Shown here: piece after piece, positions 29,398 through 39,709 of the stretch | Numbering within the stretch: position 1 is the stretch's first letter | Layout: each line of letters opens with the position of its first letter | Assembly: GCA_963744145.1 (NCBI GenBank) | Contig: CAVUSO010000001.1 | Location: 7,360,001 to 7,424,000, forward strand | Direction of reading: 5' to 3' | Length of the DNA stretch: 64,000 nucleotides | Source: an uncultured cyanobacterium | GTDB lineage: Bacteria > Cyanobacteriota > Cyanobacteriia > Cyanobacteriales > CAWUOF01 | Notes under the pieces: model-generated | What the model was told of the DNA's origin: nothing | What the model saw: only the letters and a program-made list of their open reading frames with translations | Databases searched by the model: none | Position numbers and translations under genes: made by a program

Positions 29398-30273
29398 TCA
29401 GCTATAGGAGGTGCCAGGATGGTTGAAAAAAGAGCCGATCCTGGATAAAAATGAGGGTTCCAGGCTTTTATCCCGATCAATTCCTTCCCGCTGAGAATAG
29501 ATCTGAAAATCATTAAAATCAAAAATTTGTCCACGTTTGACAAATCCACAAAATCCTTCTAGTTGAGCATCAGGAAGTTTACCAGGCTGATAATGATACA
29601 GCCAAATTTTATTTTTAATTTCTATTGGTAACTGGAGTAAATCTTCATAATGGGCATGAACACCAGTTTTATTTTTGGTAGTTTCGCAATCGTGGAAAAT
29701 TAGATCGGCATGATCGTACCAATGACCAATTAGCTCAGGACAAAATTGGGTATCTGTTGTAAAAAATACTTTTATCCCATTGAGTTGAAAAAATAAACCA
29801 TAACTATAAATATGATCATATTTATCAGTTATATGTACAGTTGGTGCCATTTGAAACTTAATATTTTCCCAGATAAAATAGTCATTCTTAGTAATTTTTT
29901 GGATCTCAAAATAAGTCTCTAATTCCGCAACTTCACCTTGAATTGACCTCATACTCCCAGCTAAACTGTTATCCCATAATTCCTTAACTAAATTTTCAGA
30001 TAAATAAAGTTTTGGTCTGCTACAACGGAAATCAAATTTGGTACTAAACCCAACATATTCAAGTCCTCCTGTATGGTCAGCATGAATATGACTAATATAA
30101 ATATCTGTAAGATCCAGATGGGAAAAACCTGCGTAGTGAATCGAATGTCTTATGTCTGAACCGCAATCAATTAGGAGTTTCCGGTTTTGGTCATTAATTA
30201 ATAGGAGATTAGACTGAAAGTTATCTGCACCAACAGTAAAAGCTGAACCAGATCCTAAAAACATTAATTTCAT
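29398..30273 (-). CDS. MBL-fold metallo-hydrolase (possible cyclic-nucleotide phosphodiesterase)
   Basis: FLGSGSAF, LIDCG, SHIHADHTGG, FTTDT, HDC, HAH, LYHY. Confidence 0.88.
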   Translation of the reverse strand: MKLMFLGSGSAFTVGADNFQSNLLLINDQNRKLLIDCGSDIRHSIHYAGFSHLDLTDIYISHIHADHTGGLEYVGFSTKFDFRCSRPKLYLSENLVKELWDNSLAGSMRSIQGEVAELETYFEIQKITKNDYFIWENIKFQMAPTVHITDKYDHIYSYGLFFQLNGIKVFFTTDTQFCPELIGHWYDHADLIFHDCETTKNKTGVHAHYEDLLQLPIEIKNKIWLYHYQPGKLPDAQLEGFCGFVKRGQIFDFNDFQIYSQREGIDRDKSLEPSFLSRIGSFFNHPGTSYS

Positions 30274-30354
30274 TATTTTTCCTTTTTTACTAAGTCATTT
30301 TCGCGATCGCTGTCTGAGTTTCTACTGATTGATTAAATCTTGATCAACTAGAAC

Positions 30355-32736
30355 TTAGTTAGGGTAGGATTGACCTATCGGTAGGATCGACTTATAAAGG
30401 TTCTCAAACTTGACTTCGACTTGGGGAGGTACGGCAGTAAAATAAACATAAAAACTACCATTTTCTCCGGATTTTTCTAAAACTTTAGCATATATATCTT
30501 CATCCTGTTGCTGTTGATTTTGAGATTGATCATTAACATCATCAAGTAAGTTGATCTTAATATTAGTCAACGGTGCTAATGGATGATCTGAAGTAACTAA
30601 AGCACCTTTAGGGGAAAGCTTAATTAAGCTACCTAGAAACAAATCGGCACTAACGTTTTTACCATCTAAAATTGCATATTTCAGGTCAATTTTGGTTGGT
30701 AGTGGTAAGTAGATTTCTTCTTTTTTAGATAAATAAATATTATATTTACCACCAATCCCACCGACATCATAGATCGTAATCGGCTCTTTAATCCCCTTTG
30801 GCTGGACTTGGGTCGCCCCGTTAATCTTAATAATTGGCCCAGCTGCGGCCAGGGTAGACTCAGAGATCAGGATTTGACTTTCTGTGGTATAGGATTCAAT
30901 CCGGTAAGTTAAATTTACTTGACTACCAACTACACCATACTTAGTCCGTTTGGTCGAGCCGATATTACCAACCACCACTTCACCTGTATTAATCCCTATT
31001 CCCATTTTTAGGGCTGACAATCCTAAATTTTTCATCTCCTGATTGACTGCTTCCATCGCTAATTGCATGACCAAAGCACAGGCGATCGCCCGTTCAGCAT
31101 CATCCTCACGGAGCGTGGGTGCACCAAATAAAACTAAAATACCATCCCCCATAAATTCATCAATAGTTCCTTGATAGGAAGTAATCACATCAGCCATATA
31201 TCCTAAGTAGAGGTTGAGGATTTTCACCACATCTTCAGGGGGCAAACGTTCTGCTGTTGCGGTAAATCCTCTTAAATCAGAAGTTAAAATCGTAATTTTG
31301 CGTCGTTCTCCACCCAGTTTTAAGCCTTCGGGGTTTTCTAGTAAATTAGAAACCACATCGTCCGTCAGATAACGTCCAAATGTTTCGCGAATATCCCCAG
31401 CAGATTTTGCTATATAAGTAGTGACTCCTAAAGCTGATCCACCCAAGGCTAATAACGGGGGAACTAATGGAATCCACCATCCTTCCAGAAAAGCTAAATA
31501 GCAGCTTAATAACAAAAGGACAGCAGCTAAAGTCATACTGGTAATTACTAATAGGGATTTAGCATTTCGCTGCATCCAAATCAATGTCGTGCCTAGGACC
31601 GACCAGGAGAAAATCCATAACCATTCGGTAATTTTTGGCCAGGTTTTAATCATGGTTCTGCCTAACATGGCTGAATTCACAAGCTGGCTAATTACATTAG
31701 CATGGATCTCAATTCCCGAAGTAGGACGCTGTAGTTTGAAGAAGTTATTAGTAAAAGGAGTAAAGAAAAGATCCTGAAGACTGGCTGCACTAACACCAAT
31801 TAAGACAATGCGATCGCGCATTAATCCTGGGGGAATTTGGTTTTGTAATACCTCTGTCATGGTAATTCGCCGAAAACTTCCGGCTGGTCCACGATAGTTA
31901 ATCAGGATCTGATATGCTCGATCGCTAGCTTGAACATAGCCACCATCATTGTGTTGAAAAGGAATGAGAATTGCTTGACCTAGCTGATATTTTTTGGTAA
32001 CTAAATCTAAGATTTTAGGTTTAATTCCTTCCTTTTGTAAGTATTTTAAAGCGATTTTGGTGGAAAATCCATCTAATTCTGCTTCTTTTTCATAGAGTTT
32101 TTTCTTTTGACTAATGGGTATACTTAAGAAAAAACGCCGGATTTTGCCATCGTCATCATTTGGTAAATCATTAGCACCAACTTGGTCTGGATATTTGAGA
32201 CCTGGAGGAGGTAACACCGACTCTCCAGCTACTTTCCTAATCCCAATTAGATTTGGTGTAGTTTGAAATAAATTGACTAAATCTTGATAGTCGGGTTTTG
32301 GTGGATCGTCACGATATTCTACTGGTAAATCCCGATACAAATCTAAGCCGATTAATCGCGGCTGTTGTGCTTTAATATGTTCAAGGATCTTCACCAAATC
32401 CGCATCTGGAATTGGCCATCGCTTCAGGAGATGGATATCTGGTTCATTGATATCAACAATCACGATCCTTTCATCAGGTGGTTCTTGTGGGCGTAGTTGA
32501 AATAGCTGATCAAGTGCGTTTAACTCTAGCATTTGCAACAGCCCAGTGAAGCGGAAGGCGATAATTAGGATCGTCACACTAGGCGCAGCAAATATAATGC
32601 CCCGCCATTGCCAGATCACTGATTTTATCTTAGTTAGGATCACAGATCGCCCCAGCCAAATTAAATTCGGAAGCCAGGAGAGAATCAAAAAACTTCTCCT
32701 ACCTGGCTTCCAAATATTGATAGATATGCAACTCAC
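30355..32736 (-). CDS. CHASE2-domain class III nucleotide cyclase (Cya2-like)
   Basis: CHASE2 (IVIVDI, IGLDLYRD, GIEIHAN), TM helices, catalytic SDLRGFT, DEFMGDG, GIGINTGEVVVGNIG, VNLTYRIES. Confidence 0.92.
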   Translation of the reverse strand: MSCISINIWKPGRRSFLILSWLPNLIWLGRSVILTKIKSVIWQWRGIIFAAPSVTILIIAFRFTGLLQMLELNALDQLFQLRPQEPPDERIVIVDINEPDIHLLKRWPIPDADLVKILEHIKAQQPRLIGLDLYRDLPVEYRDDPPKPDYQDLVNLFQTTPNLIGIRKVAGESVLPPPGLKYPDQVGANDLPNDDDGKIRRFFLSIPISQKKKLYEKEAELDGFSTKIALKYLQKEGIKPKILDLVTKKYQLGQAILIPFQHNDGGYVQASDRAYQILINYRGPAGSFRRITMTEVLQNQIPPGLMRDRIVLIGVSAASLQDLFFTPFTNNFFKLQRPTSGIEIHANVISQLVNSAMLGRTMIKTWPKITEWLWIFSWSVLGTTLIWMQRNAKSLLVITSMTLAAVLLLLSCYLAFLEGWWIPLVPPLLALGGSALGVTTYIAKSAGDIRETFGRYLTDDVVSNLLENPEGLKLGGERRKITILTSDLRGFTATAERLPPEDVVKILNLYLGYMADVITSYQGTIDEFMGDGILVLFGAPTLREDDAERAIACALVMQLAMEAVNQEMKNLGLSALKMGIGINTGEVVVGNIGSTKRTKYGVVGSQVNLTYRIESYTTESQILISESTLAAAGPIIKINGATQVQPKGIKEPITIYDVGGIGGKYNIYLSKKEEIYLPLPTKIDLKYAILDGKNVSADLFLGSLIKLSPKGALVTSDHPLAPLTNIKINLLDDVNDQSQNQQQQDEDIYAKVLEKSGENGSFYVYFTAVPPQVEVKFENLYKSILPIGQSYPN

Positions 32737-32745
32737 TGAACTATT

Positions 32746-33540
32746 TTAGTTTGATGCTGGACAATCAAGTAAGGGTTTGTCGGCGATCGACGCATCTAAT
32801 CCGACTGATGTGAGTAATGTTTTCCAGTTGGTCTGCACTGTATTATCGTTAGGATTCTTACACTTTAGTTCAGCTGCACTAGCGATCGTTTCGTACCAAA
32901 TATGCCGATCAGCATATAATTGGGGGATACTGCTCTTTGGAGTATTTTTTAAATCATTTGTCAAATCCAGATCTTTGCGTTGGATCTCACCTTGAACAGC
33001 GATGCTTCCACTCGGATCATTCGCATCACATACTACTTCAAAAAACCACTTATATGTTTTTCCAACTTGAAGACTTTTGGCAGTATCAGCAGGAAGCTTA
33101 ACACTCACAATCCCAGATTGCTCTGGACTTTTAACAATGATTTCGGGATCTAGCACTGATGTTTGTGCTTTTTCATCTAATAGAGAAAACTTTATCTCTT
33201 TGGTTAAGGGTTCCGGAACATAAAAAAAGAAAGTTGTGTTTTCACTTGTGGTATATTCAAATTCCGTTTTTGGAATGAGTGGGATAATCTCTTTTCCGTT
33301 GGTAGTGCAAGATCTTCCTCTTGTACCACCACCTGAACTACTCTCTGGTTCCACAGGATTAGGAGATGTAAAAGACTGTGCTATTTGCCAGGAATTAGCG
33401 TTATGATTGAATGGCAGCGGATTGGCTAAGGTCTGATGGTCAAAGTTAGGAATCATTAGCATTCCTAAGGGCAAAATAACTGATCGATTTAATAACTGTA
33501 AGAGAGATTTTTTCCAAAACATAATTAAGTACCTCGTCAA
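32746..33540 (-). CDS. DUF928 domain protein
   Basis: GGGTRG-x-C, TFFFYVP, YKWFFEVVC, IWYETI, WKTLLTSVGL. Confidence 0.9.
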   Translation of the reverse strand: MTRYLIMFWKKSLLQLLNRSVILPLGMLMIPNFDHQTLANPLPFNHNANSWQIAQSFTSPNPVEPESSSGGGTRGRSCTTNGKEIIPLIPKTEFEYTTSENTTFFFYVPEPLTKEIKFSLLDEKAQTSVLDPEIIVKSPEQSGIVSVKLPADTAKSLQVGKTYKWFFEVVCDANDPSGSIAVQGEIQRKDLDLTNDLKNTPKSSIPQLYADRHIWYETIASAAELKCKNPNDNTVQTNWKTLLTSVGLDASIADKPLLDCPASN

Positions 33541-33845
33541 CTAAATATTTGTACCAGTTCAGCGATCGCGGCTTCCCTGGAAAACGTTCATAAGTTATTC
33601 ACTTTGATGAGCTTAAAAGTGATTATAGCAAATAAATCAAGGATTTGGCATCTGACTAGGAAATAAAAAGAGTTATTTTTGGGTCACAGAACTAGGAAAA
33701 ATTGGTGGTTTAATTTCAGTGGGCAAAGAAAATGAGTAATATTACTGATTCTCCTTGCCCATATATCAAAGACTAGCTACCATCTTGTTTACCTAGCTCT
33801 TCTACTTGAGCAACCTTTTTTCTTTTTCAATAAAGAAGATCAATT

Positions 33846-34284
33846 AATCCGGTTCAGTTACTTGTAGGGGCAAAGCATTTCGGCGTATAAATGATTGTTT
33901 AAGCGTTTACCCTGAGTTTACCCTGAGCGTAGTCGAAGCTTGCCCTGAGCGTAGTCGAAGGGGGCGTAGTCGAAGGGAAGAATAATATTACCGAAATGCG
34001 AGAGCCCTCACATTTATGCAACCAACCGATCAACTACATATAGAAAAATCCAATTTAGTTAAAACAAAAATGTTACTTCGGCGATTCCTCCAGAAAAATA
34101 ACCTCACTCATCCGTAATATATAGGTCAATATAGTTCAGCGTAGAAGAAGGGTGAAGCATTCGGGTCTAATGCTACTCCCCTTCGACTACGCCCTTCGGC
34201 TACGCTCAGGGTAAACTCAGGGTAAAACTTCAGTGTTTAATTGTCGCCCGAATGCTTCACCCCTACGCCTAACTGAACCGGATT
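33846..34284. mobile_element. Composite MITE-like element with 15-bp terminal inverted repeats enclosing two REP hairpins with nested 24-nt units
   Basis: AATCCGGTTCAGTTA (33846-33860) / TAACTGAACCGGATT (34270-34284); REP hairpins at 33864-34011 and 34141-34266. Confidence 0.65.
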
Positions 34285-34723
34285 GGAATATAAATTAAAT
34301 AATTCGCTGTAATGAGATCGCTCTGATCGCTTACTCCGAGCCAAATTATCAAGTTATTTAATTGTTATTCCTGAGCTAAATAATCTAGCTAATCTAGAAA
34401 ATTTTTTGACATTAATATGCGTCAATATTAATCAGATTTATTTGCTTTTTTTTTAGAAATAATCAACTATTTAAACCAGCGGATTTTTGACTTAATCTGC
34501 ACCGCCAAAAATTGGGATTAGAAAGAGATCATGTCACTCTATTTATTGGGAAATAAATCATAATACAAATATTTACGAAATCATCACACTGACTAGAAAA
34601 ATCAGATAAAATTATGCTAGAATATTACACCTAAGTCAAATAATTTGGCAAAGATAGACTGGCACAAACCAGATTTTTGCCTGATGGCGAATTTTAACTG
34701 CTGATTTCTGAGTTTAATGGAGC

Positions 34724-37360
34724 TTGAAAACCTGTATGACCACTACCCAGGAGCGGATTATCCCAACGGATCTGCGGAACGAGATGTCTCGATCTTACTT
34801 AGAATACGCCATGAGCGTGATCGTGGGACGGGCATTACCAGATGCGAGGGATGGTCTCAAACCAGTGCATCGTCGTATCCTTTACGCGATGCACGAATTG
34901 GGCCTTACTCCGGATCGTCCCTTTCGTAAATGCGCTCGTGTGGTGGGGGAAGTGCTGGGTAAATATCACCCCCACGGTGATACAGCAGTATACGACGCAT
35001 TAGTACGGATGGCACAGGATTTTTCCATGCGCGATCCCCTAATTGATGGACACGGTAACTTCGGTTCCGTTGACAATGATCCACCAGCAGCGATGCGATA
35101 TACGGAGTGTCGATTGCGATCGCTGACCAGCAACGCGCTCCTCCAAGATATTGAATCAGAAACAGTAGATTTTGGCGATAACTTTGATGGTTCTCAGCAA
35201 GAGCCCCTACTTTTACCAGCCCGAATTCCCCAATTGTTGGTGAATGGTTCATCCGGAATTGCAGTGGGGATGGCAACTAATATTCCACCACATAATTTAG
35301 GAGAGCTAATTGATGGTTTAGTAGCATTGATTCACAATCCAGAAATTACAGATCTTCAGTTGATGCAATATATCCCAGGTCCAGATTTTCCGACGGGAGG
35401 ACAAATTTTGGGAACAGCGAGTATCCGCGAAGCTTATACCACTGGACGTGGTTCAATTACGATGCGGGGAGTAGCTGAGATTGAAACAATTGAACATCGA
35501 GGAAGACCAGATCGAGAAGCAATTATTATTACTCAATTGCCCTATCAAACTAATAAAGCGGCATTGATTGAAAAAATTGCAGAATTTGTGAATGATAAAA
35601 AGTTAGAAGGGATTGCGGATATTCGCGATGAAAGCGATCGGGATGGGATGCGAATAGTAATCGAACTCAAACGCGATGCTTATCCCAGGGTAGTATTGAA
35701 CAACCTGTATAAACAAACTCCTTTACAAGCTAATTTTGGAGCCAATATGTTGGCTCTAGTAAATAGCGAACCCCAACTGCTTACCATTAAACAGTTTCTT
35801 TCTGTTTTCCTAGAGTTCCGGATTGATTGCGTCAGACGTTGAACTACCTATGAACTGCGGAAAGCTCAGGAAAGAGATCATTTACTCCAAGGTTTATTAA
35901 CCGCACTAGCTAATCTTGATGCAATTGTTGCTTTAATTCGTCATGCTGCTGATACACCAACAGCGAAAGCAGAATTGATGGAAACTTACGCTTTATCGGA
36001 AGCACAAGCAGACGCAATTTTACAAATGCAATTGCGGCGTTTAACAGCACTAGAAGCGGAGAAAATTAGCGCCGAACATGAAGAGTTGCAAGTAAAAATA
36101 GCAGATTTACAGGATATTTTGGCTAACATTAGCCGAATTCTGGAAATAATTGAAACCGAAATTCAAATCCTCAAAACTACTCATGCAACTCCACGTCGGA
36201 CAATTATTCAACACGCAGAAGGAGATCTAGAAGATACCGATTTAATTGCTAATGAAAAAGCCTTGATTCTGTTAACAGAACAAGGATATATTAAACGGAT
36301 GCCCGTTAATACCTTTGAAGCCCAAAATCGGGGTACTCGTGGTAAAGCAGCAAACCGCATGAAGGATGATGATGGAGTCGAACACTTTTTAACTTGCTGT
36401 GATCACGATCCAGTATTATTCTTTAGCGATCGCGGTGTAGTATATTGTGTGAAAGCTTATCAACTTCCGACCGGATCACGGACAGCTCGTGGTACTCCGA
36501 TCGTGCAAATGTTACCAATTCCCCGAGATGAAAAAATCACCTCCATGTTATCAGTCGCAGAATTTAGTGATGATGAATATTTGGTGATGCTGACTAAAGG
36601 TGGTTTTATTAAGAAAACTGCACTCTCGGCTTTTAGTAATATTCGTGCTAATGGATTAATCGCGATTTCCTTAGAAGAAGGTGATCAATTACGCTGGGTC
36701 AGACGAGCTAGGGAAGAAGATAGTGTCATCATTGGTTCACGTCAAGGTATGGCAATTCATTTTAAAGCCGATCGGGATCAATTACGTCCTCTCGGACGTT
36801 CTACCCGAGGGGTAAAATCGATGAAGTTACGTCCAGATGACGAACTAATTAGCATGGATATTCTCCCTGGTTCAGTAGTTGCTAGTTTAGGACAAGTAGA
36901 GTCGGATGAGGTAGAAATTGAAGAGGAAGATTTAGAAGTGATTACTACTGAATCAGACCCTACGGTTTTAGAATCAGAAACAACTACGGTTTTAGAATCA
37001 GAAATAACCACTCATCAAGGTCCCTGGGTGTTAGTAATTACTACTGGTGGTTATGGAAAACGAGTTCCAGTTAACCAATTCCGTCTCCAAAATCGTGCTG
37101 GTAAAGGAATTATTGCGACTAAGTTTAAATCTCGACGGGTTAATGATCAGTTAGCAGCACTACGAGTCGTGAATGAAGGTGACGAATTGATGATTGTTAC
37201 CAGTCGCGGGATTATTATTCGTCAGTCCGTTGATGCAATTTCCCATCAATCTCGAGCTGCAACTGGTGTCCGAGTTCAACGTTTAGATGAAGATGATGCG
37301 ATCGCTGCTGTTGCATTAGTACCTCCTAGTAATGGTGAAGAGGAAGAAGCTACAGAGTAA
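34724..37360 (+). pseudogene. gyrA: DNA gyrase subunit A with one in-frame TGA at 35840-35842 (likely start MTTTQ at 34736)
   Basis: YHPHGD, AAMRYTE catalytic Tyr, GyrA-box-like QNRGTRG; both ORFs are in the same frame and the stop replaces a conserved Arg (VRR*TTYELRKA). Confidence 0.95.
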
Positions 37361-37404
37361 ATTCTGGTGATGTTTAGGGTGGAAACTACCACCCTAATTT
37401 ACTC
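37354..37404 (+). terminator. Hairpin after gyrA
   Basis: TTAGGGTGG-AAACTA-CCACCCTAA within an outer AGAGTAAATT/AATTTACTCT repeat. Confidence 0.5.
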
Positions 37405-37435
37405 TGGTAGTTGGTAATATTAAATAATCGTTATT

Positions 37436-39043
37436 TTGCTCATGGGATTAAGGTTATCGATCGCTTTGATCAGTGGTATTTTGATGGGATTGACCACTGC
37501 ACCTGTCGGAGCTTGGTTTTTAGCTTGGATTGCTTTTGCTCCGCTCTGGTTTTTAGTAGTTGAAAATTATTCCCAGAAAAGTCTCAGCTTGAAAGATTTT
37601 TTTTGGTTAACTCCATTAGGTTGGTCAATCGGTTTTTACGGTGTTACTTTATCTTGGATTACCGGAATTCATCCCTTAACTTGGATGGGTATTCCCTGGT
37701 TAGTTAGTTTAGCAATTACTTTTTTTTGTTGGAGTGCGATTACTCTAGTGGGAGTGGTTTTAGTAATTGTTTGGACTGTGGGTATGGGGATATTTTGCCA
37801 GCTCAATAACTATTTTCAGGTGAAATTTTGGCAATTTGATCAAAATCAAAAAACCGTCTATTTACCTTTACTGCGGATTTTAATTGGGACTACTTTATGG
37901 TGTACCCTCGAAATTTTTTGGAGTCAAGGAAATTTATGGTGGACTTCCCTATCTCTGACCCAAAGTCCTCATAATTTAACCATTTTACACCTTGGTCAAA
38001 TTTCTGGTCCAACTACTATTACTGCTGCGATCGTTGCGGTTAATGGATTAATTGCTGAAGGATTAATTAATGATACCGAGTCGCTGAAAAATTTCGCTAA
38101 ACCAATTAAATGGAAATATTTTGGGATTGCTTTTGGTTTAATAATTAGCTTACATTTGACTGGATTATGGCTATATCAACGTCCTCTGGGTCAAGCTCCA
38201 GAAACTGCATTAAAAATTGGGATTATTCAAGGAAATATTCCTAACCAAATCTTAATCTACTCAGATCGATGGCTCCGCGCGATCGCAGGTTATACTAGAG
38301 GATATCAAATTTTAGCAACTACAGGAGTTGATGCAGTTTTAACACCAGAAACCGCATTACCTTATCAATGGACAGAAGAAAATCAACGACGTAGTGCTTT
38401 CTATCAAGCGATTTTAGCACAAGGTGTGGTCGCATGGTTAGGAGCATTTGGTAGTTTTAATGATCAATTGACTAATAGTTTATTTACCATTACTAGCAAT
38501 GGTAAAATATTCAGTCGTTATGATAAAGTGAAACTGGTGCCCTTAGGAGAGTATATCCCCTTTGAAGAAATATTAGGAGGAATAATTAATAAACTTTCTC
38601 CTTTAGATGCTCATTTAATACCAGGAAAACTTGATCAAAGTTTTGATACACCTTTTGGACGAGCGATCGTAGGAATTTGTTATGATTCGGCATTTTCTGA
38701 GCTGTTTCGACTTCAAGCTTTCCGAGGAGGTCAGTTTATCATTACAGCTTCTAATAATACTCATTTTAATGCTGCTATGCCCGCGCAACACCATGCTCAA
38801 GATGTGATGAGAGCAATTGAAACAGATCGTTGGGCAGCAAGAGCTACCAATACAGGTTATTCTGGATTTATCGATCCTCATGGAAGAACAATTTGGCTGT
38901 CCGGAATTAATACCTATGAACTCCATTCCGAGACAATTTACCGCAGACAAACCCGAACCTTGTATGTAAGTTGGGGAAATTGGTTACTGTCTCTCTTATT
39001 AAGTGGAAGTGCGATCGGGTATTTTTTCTATATTGTTTGCTAA
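37436..39043 (+). CDS. lnt: Apolipoprotein N-acyltransferase
   Basis: Multi-TM N-terminus; IIQGNI, TPETA, YDKVKLVPLGEYIP, ICYDS, ATNTGYS. Confidence 0.95.
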   Translation: MLMGLRLSIALISGILMGLTTAPVGAWFLAWIAFAPLWFLVVENYSQKSLSLKDFFWLTPLGWSIGFYGVTLSWITGIHPLTWMGIPWLVSLAITFFCWSAITLVGVVLVIVWTVGMGIFCQLNNYFQVKFWQFDQNQKTVYLPLLRILIGTTLWCTLEIFWSQGNLWWTSLSLTQSPHNLTILHLGQISGPTTITAAIVAVNGLIAEGLINDTESLKNFAKPIKWKYFGIAFGLIISLHLTGLWLYQRPLGQAPETALKIGIIQGNIPNQILIYSDRWLRAIAGYTRGYQILATTGVDAVLTPETALPYQWTEENQRRSAFYQAILAQGVVAWLGAFGSFNDQLTNSLFTITSNGKIFSRYDKVKLVPLGEYIPFEEILGGIINKLSPLDAHLIPGKLDQSFDTPFGRAIVGICYDSAFSELFRLQAFRGGQFIITASNNTHFNAAMPAQHHAQDVMRAIETDRWAARATNTGYSGFIDPHGRTIWLSGINTYELHSETIYRRQTRTLYVSWGNWLLSLLLSGSAIGYFFYIVC

Positions 39044-39068
39044 AATTAAAACATCAACCAGAACCTGT

Positions 39069-39119
39069 GCTGAAAAATTAGCAGACCAGTTGCGATCGCT
39101 CGGAATTGACCCTGAGTAA
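39069..39119 (+). pseudogene. Orphan Uma2 C-terminal tail remnant
   Basis: Reads AEKLADQLRSLGIDPE*, matching the LAAKLRELGIDPD tails of Uma2 genes in this window. Confidence 0.65.
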
Positions 39120-39235
39120 TCTAATTAATTGGTAAACTAAACAGAGTAGCTAACGACTTTTTGAGCTTGACTCCATCCCAGAGCGATCGGGTATAATCAA
39201 AACCTATACCAGAACATTAATTAGAGGTTAAAGAG

Positions 39236-39571
39236 ATGAATGATTTAGAAAAAAGGAAGCTTTTATCCGGATTATATCATGGGGCGATTTTTTTAAGCTC
39301 AACCATCGTCTCGGTAGGGATACCAATTGCGATTTTGTTTTTCACTGAAGATCCTGTAGTAAAACAAAATGCGCGAGAATCCCTGAATTTTCATATAAAT
39401 CTTTACATTTATGCCTTAATTTCAGTGATCCTGTGTTTTGTTATCATTGGGTTTGCGCTACTAGTTATCTTGGGAATTATCAGTTTTATCATGCCCATTA
39501 TTGCTTTAGTTCAAGTTTTAAGTGAACCAGATCATTCCTATAAATATCCGTTTATTTTTCGGATTGTATAG
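39236..39571 (+). CDS. DUF4870 family membrane protein
   Basis: VKQNARESLNFHI...YKYPF pattern, three hydrophobic segments. Confidence 0.88.
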   Translation: MNDLEKRKLLSGLYHGAIFLSSTIVSVGIPIAILFFTEDPVVKQNARESLNFHINLYIYALISVILCFVIIGFALLVILGIISFIMPIIALVQVLSEPDHSYKYPFIFRIV

Positions 39572-39585
39572 GGAATTAGCTGTTA

Positions 39586-39699
39586 ATGCAATATCACTTA
39601 CTACAGACACCAGAAGAAAGACTCGTTAAAGCTGAACAACGAGCAGAAAAGTTTGCGGATCAATTGCGATCGCTAGGAATAGATCCTGATTCTTTATAG
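39586..39699 (+). pseudogene. Orphan Uma2 C-terminal tail remnant (37-codon ORF)
   Basis: MQYHLLQTPEERLVKAEQRAEKFADQLRSLGIDPDSL*. Confidence 0.65.
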
Positions 39700-39709
39700 T
39701 CAATAAATT

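Noticed and set aside
33906..34226. Possible mini-CRISPR of GCGTAGTCGAAG repeats
   Set aside because: Repeats are nested insertions, not repeat-spacer units
35840..35842. Selenocysteine, an intein/intron or an alternative genetic code at the gyrA TGA
   Set aside because: The position is a conserved Arg, there is no inserted sequence, and TGA ends many normal genes in this window
36900..37010. Acidic insert with 21-bp tandem repeat in the GyrA C-terminal domain
   Set aside because: In-frame low-complexity loop; acidic inserts are expected in cyanobacterial GyrA
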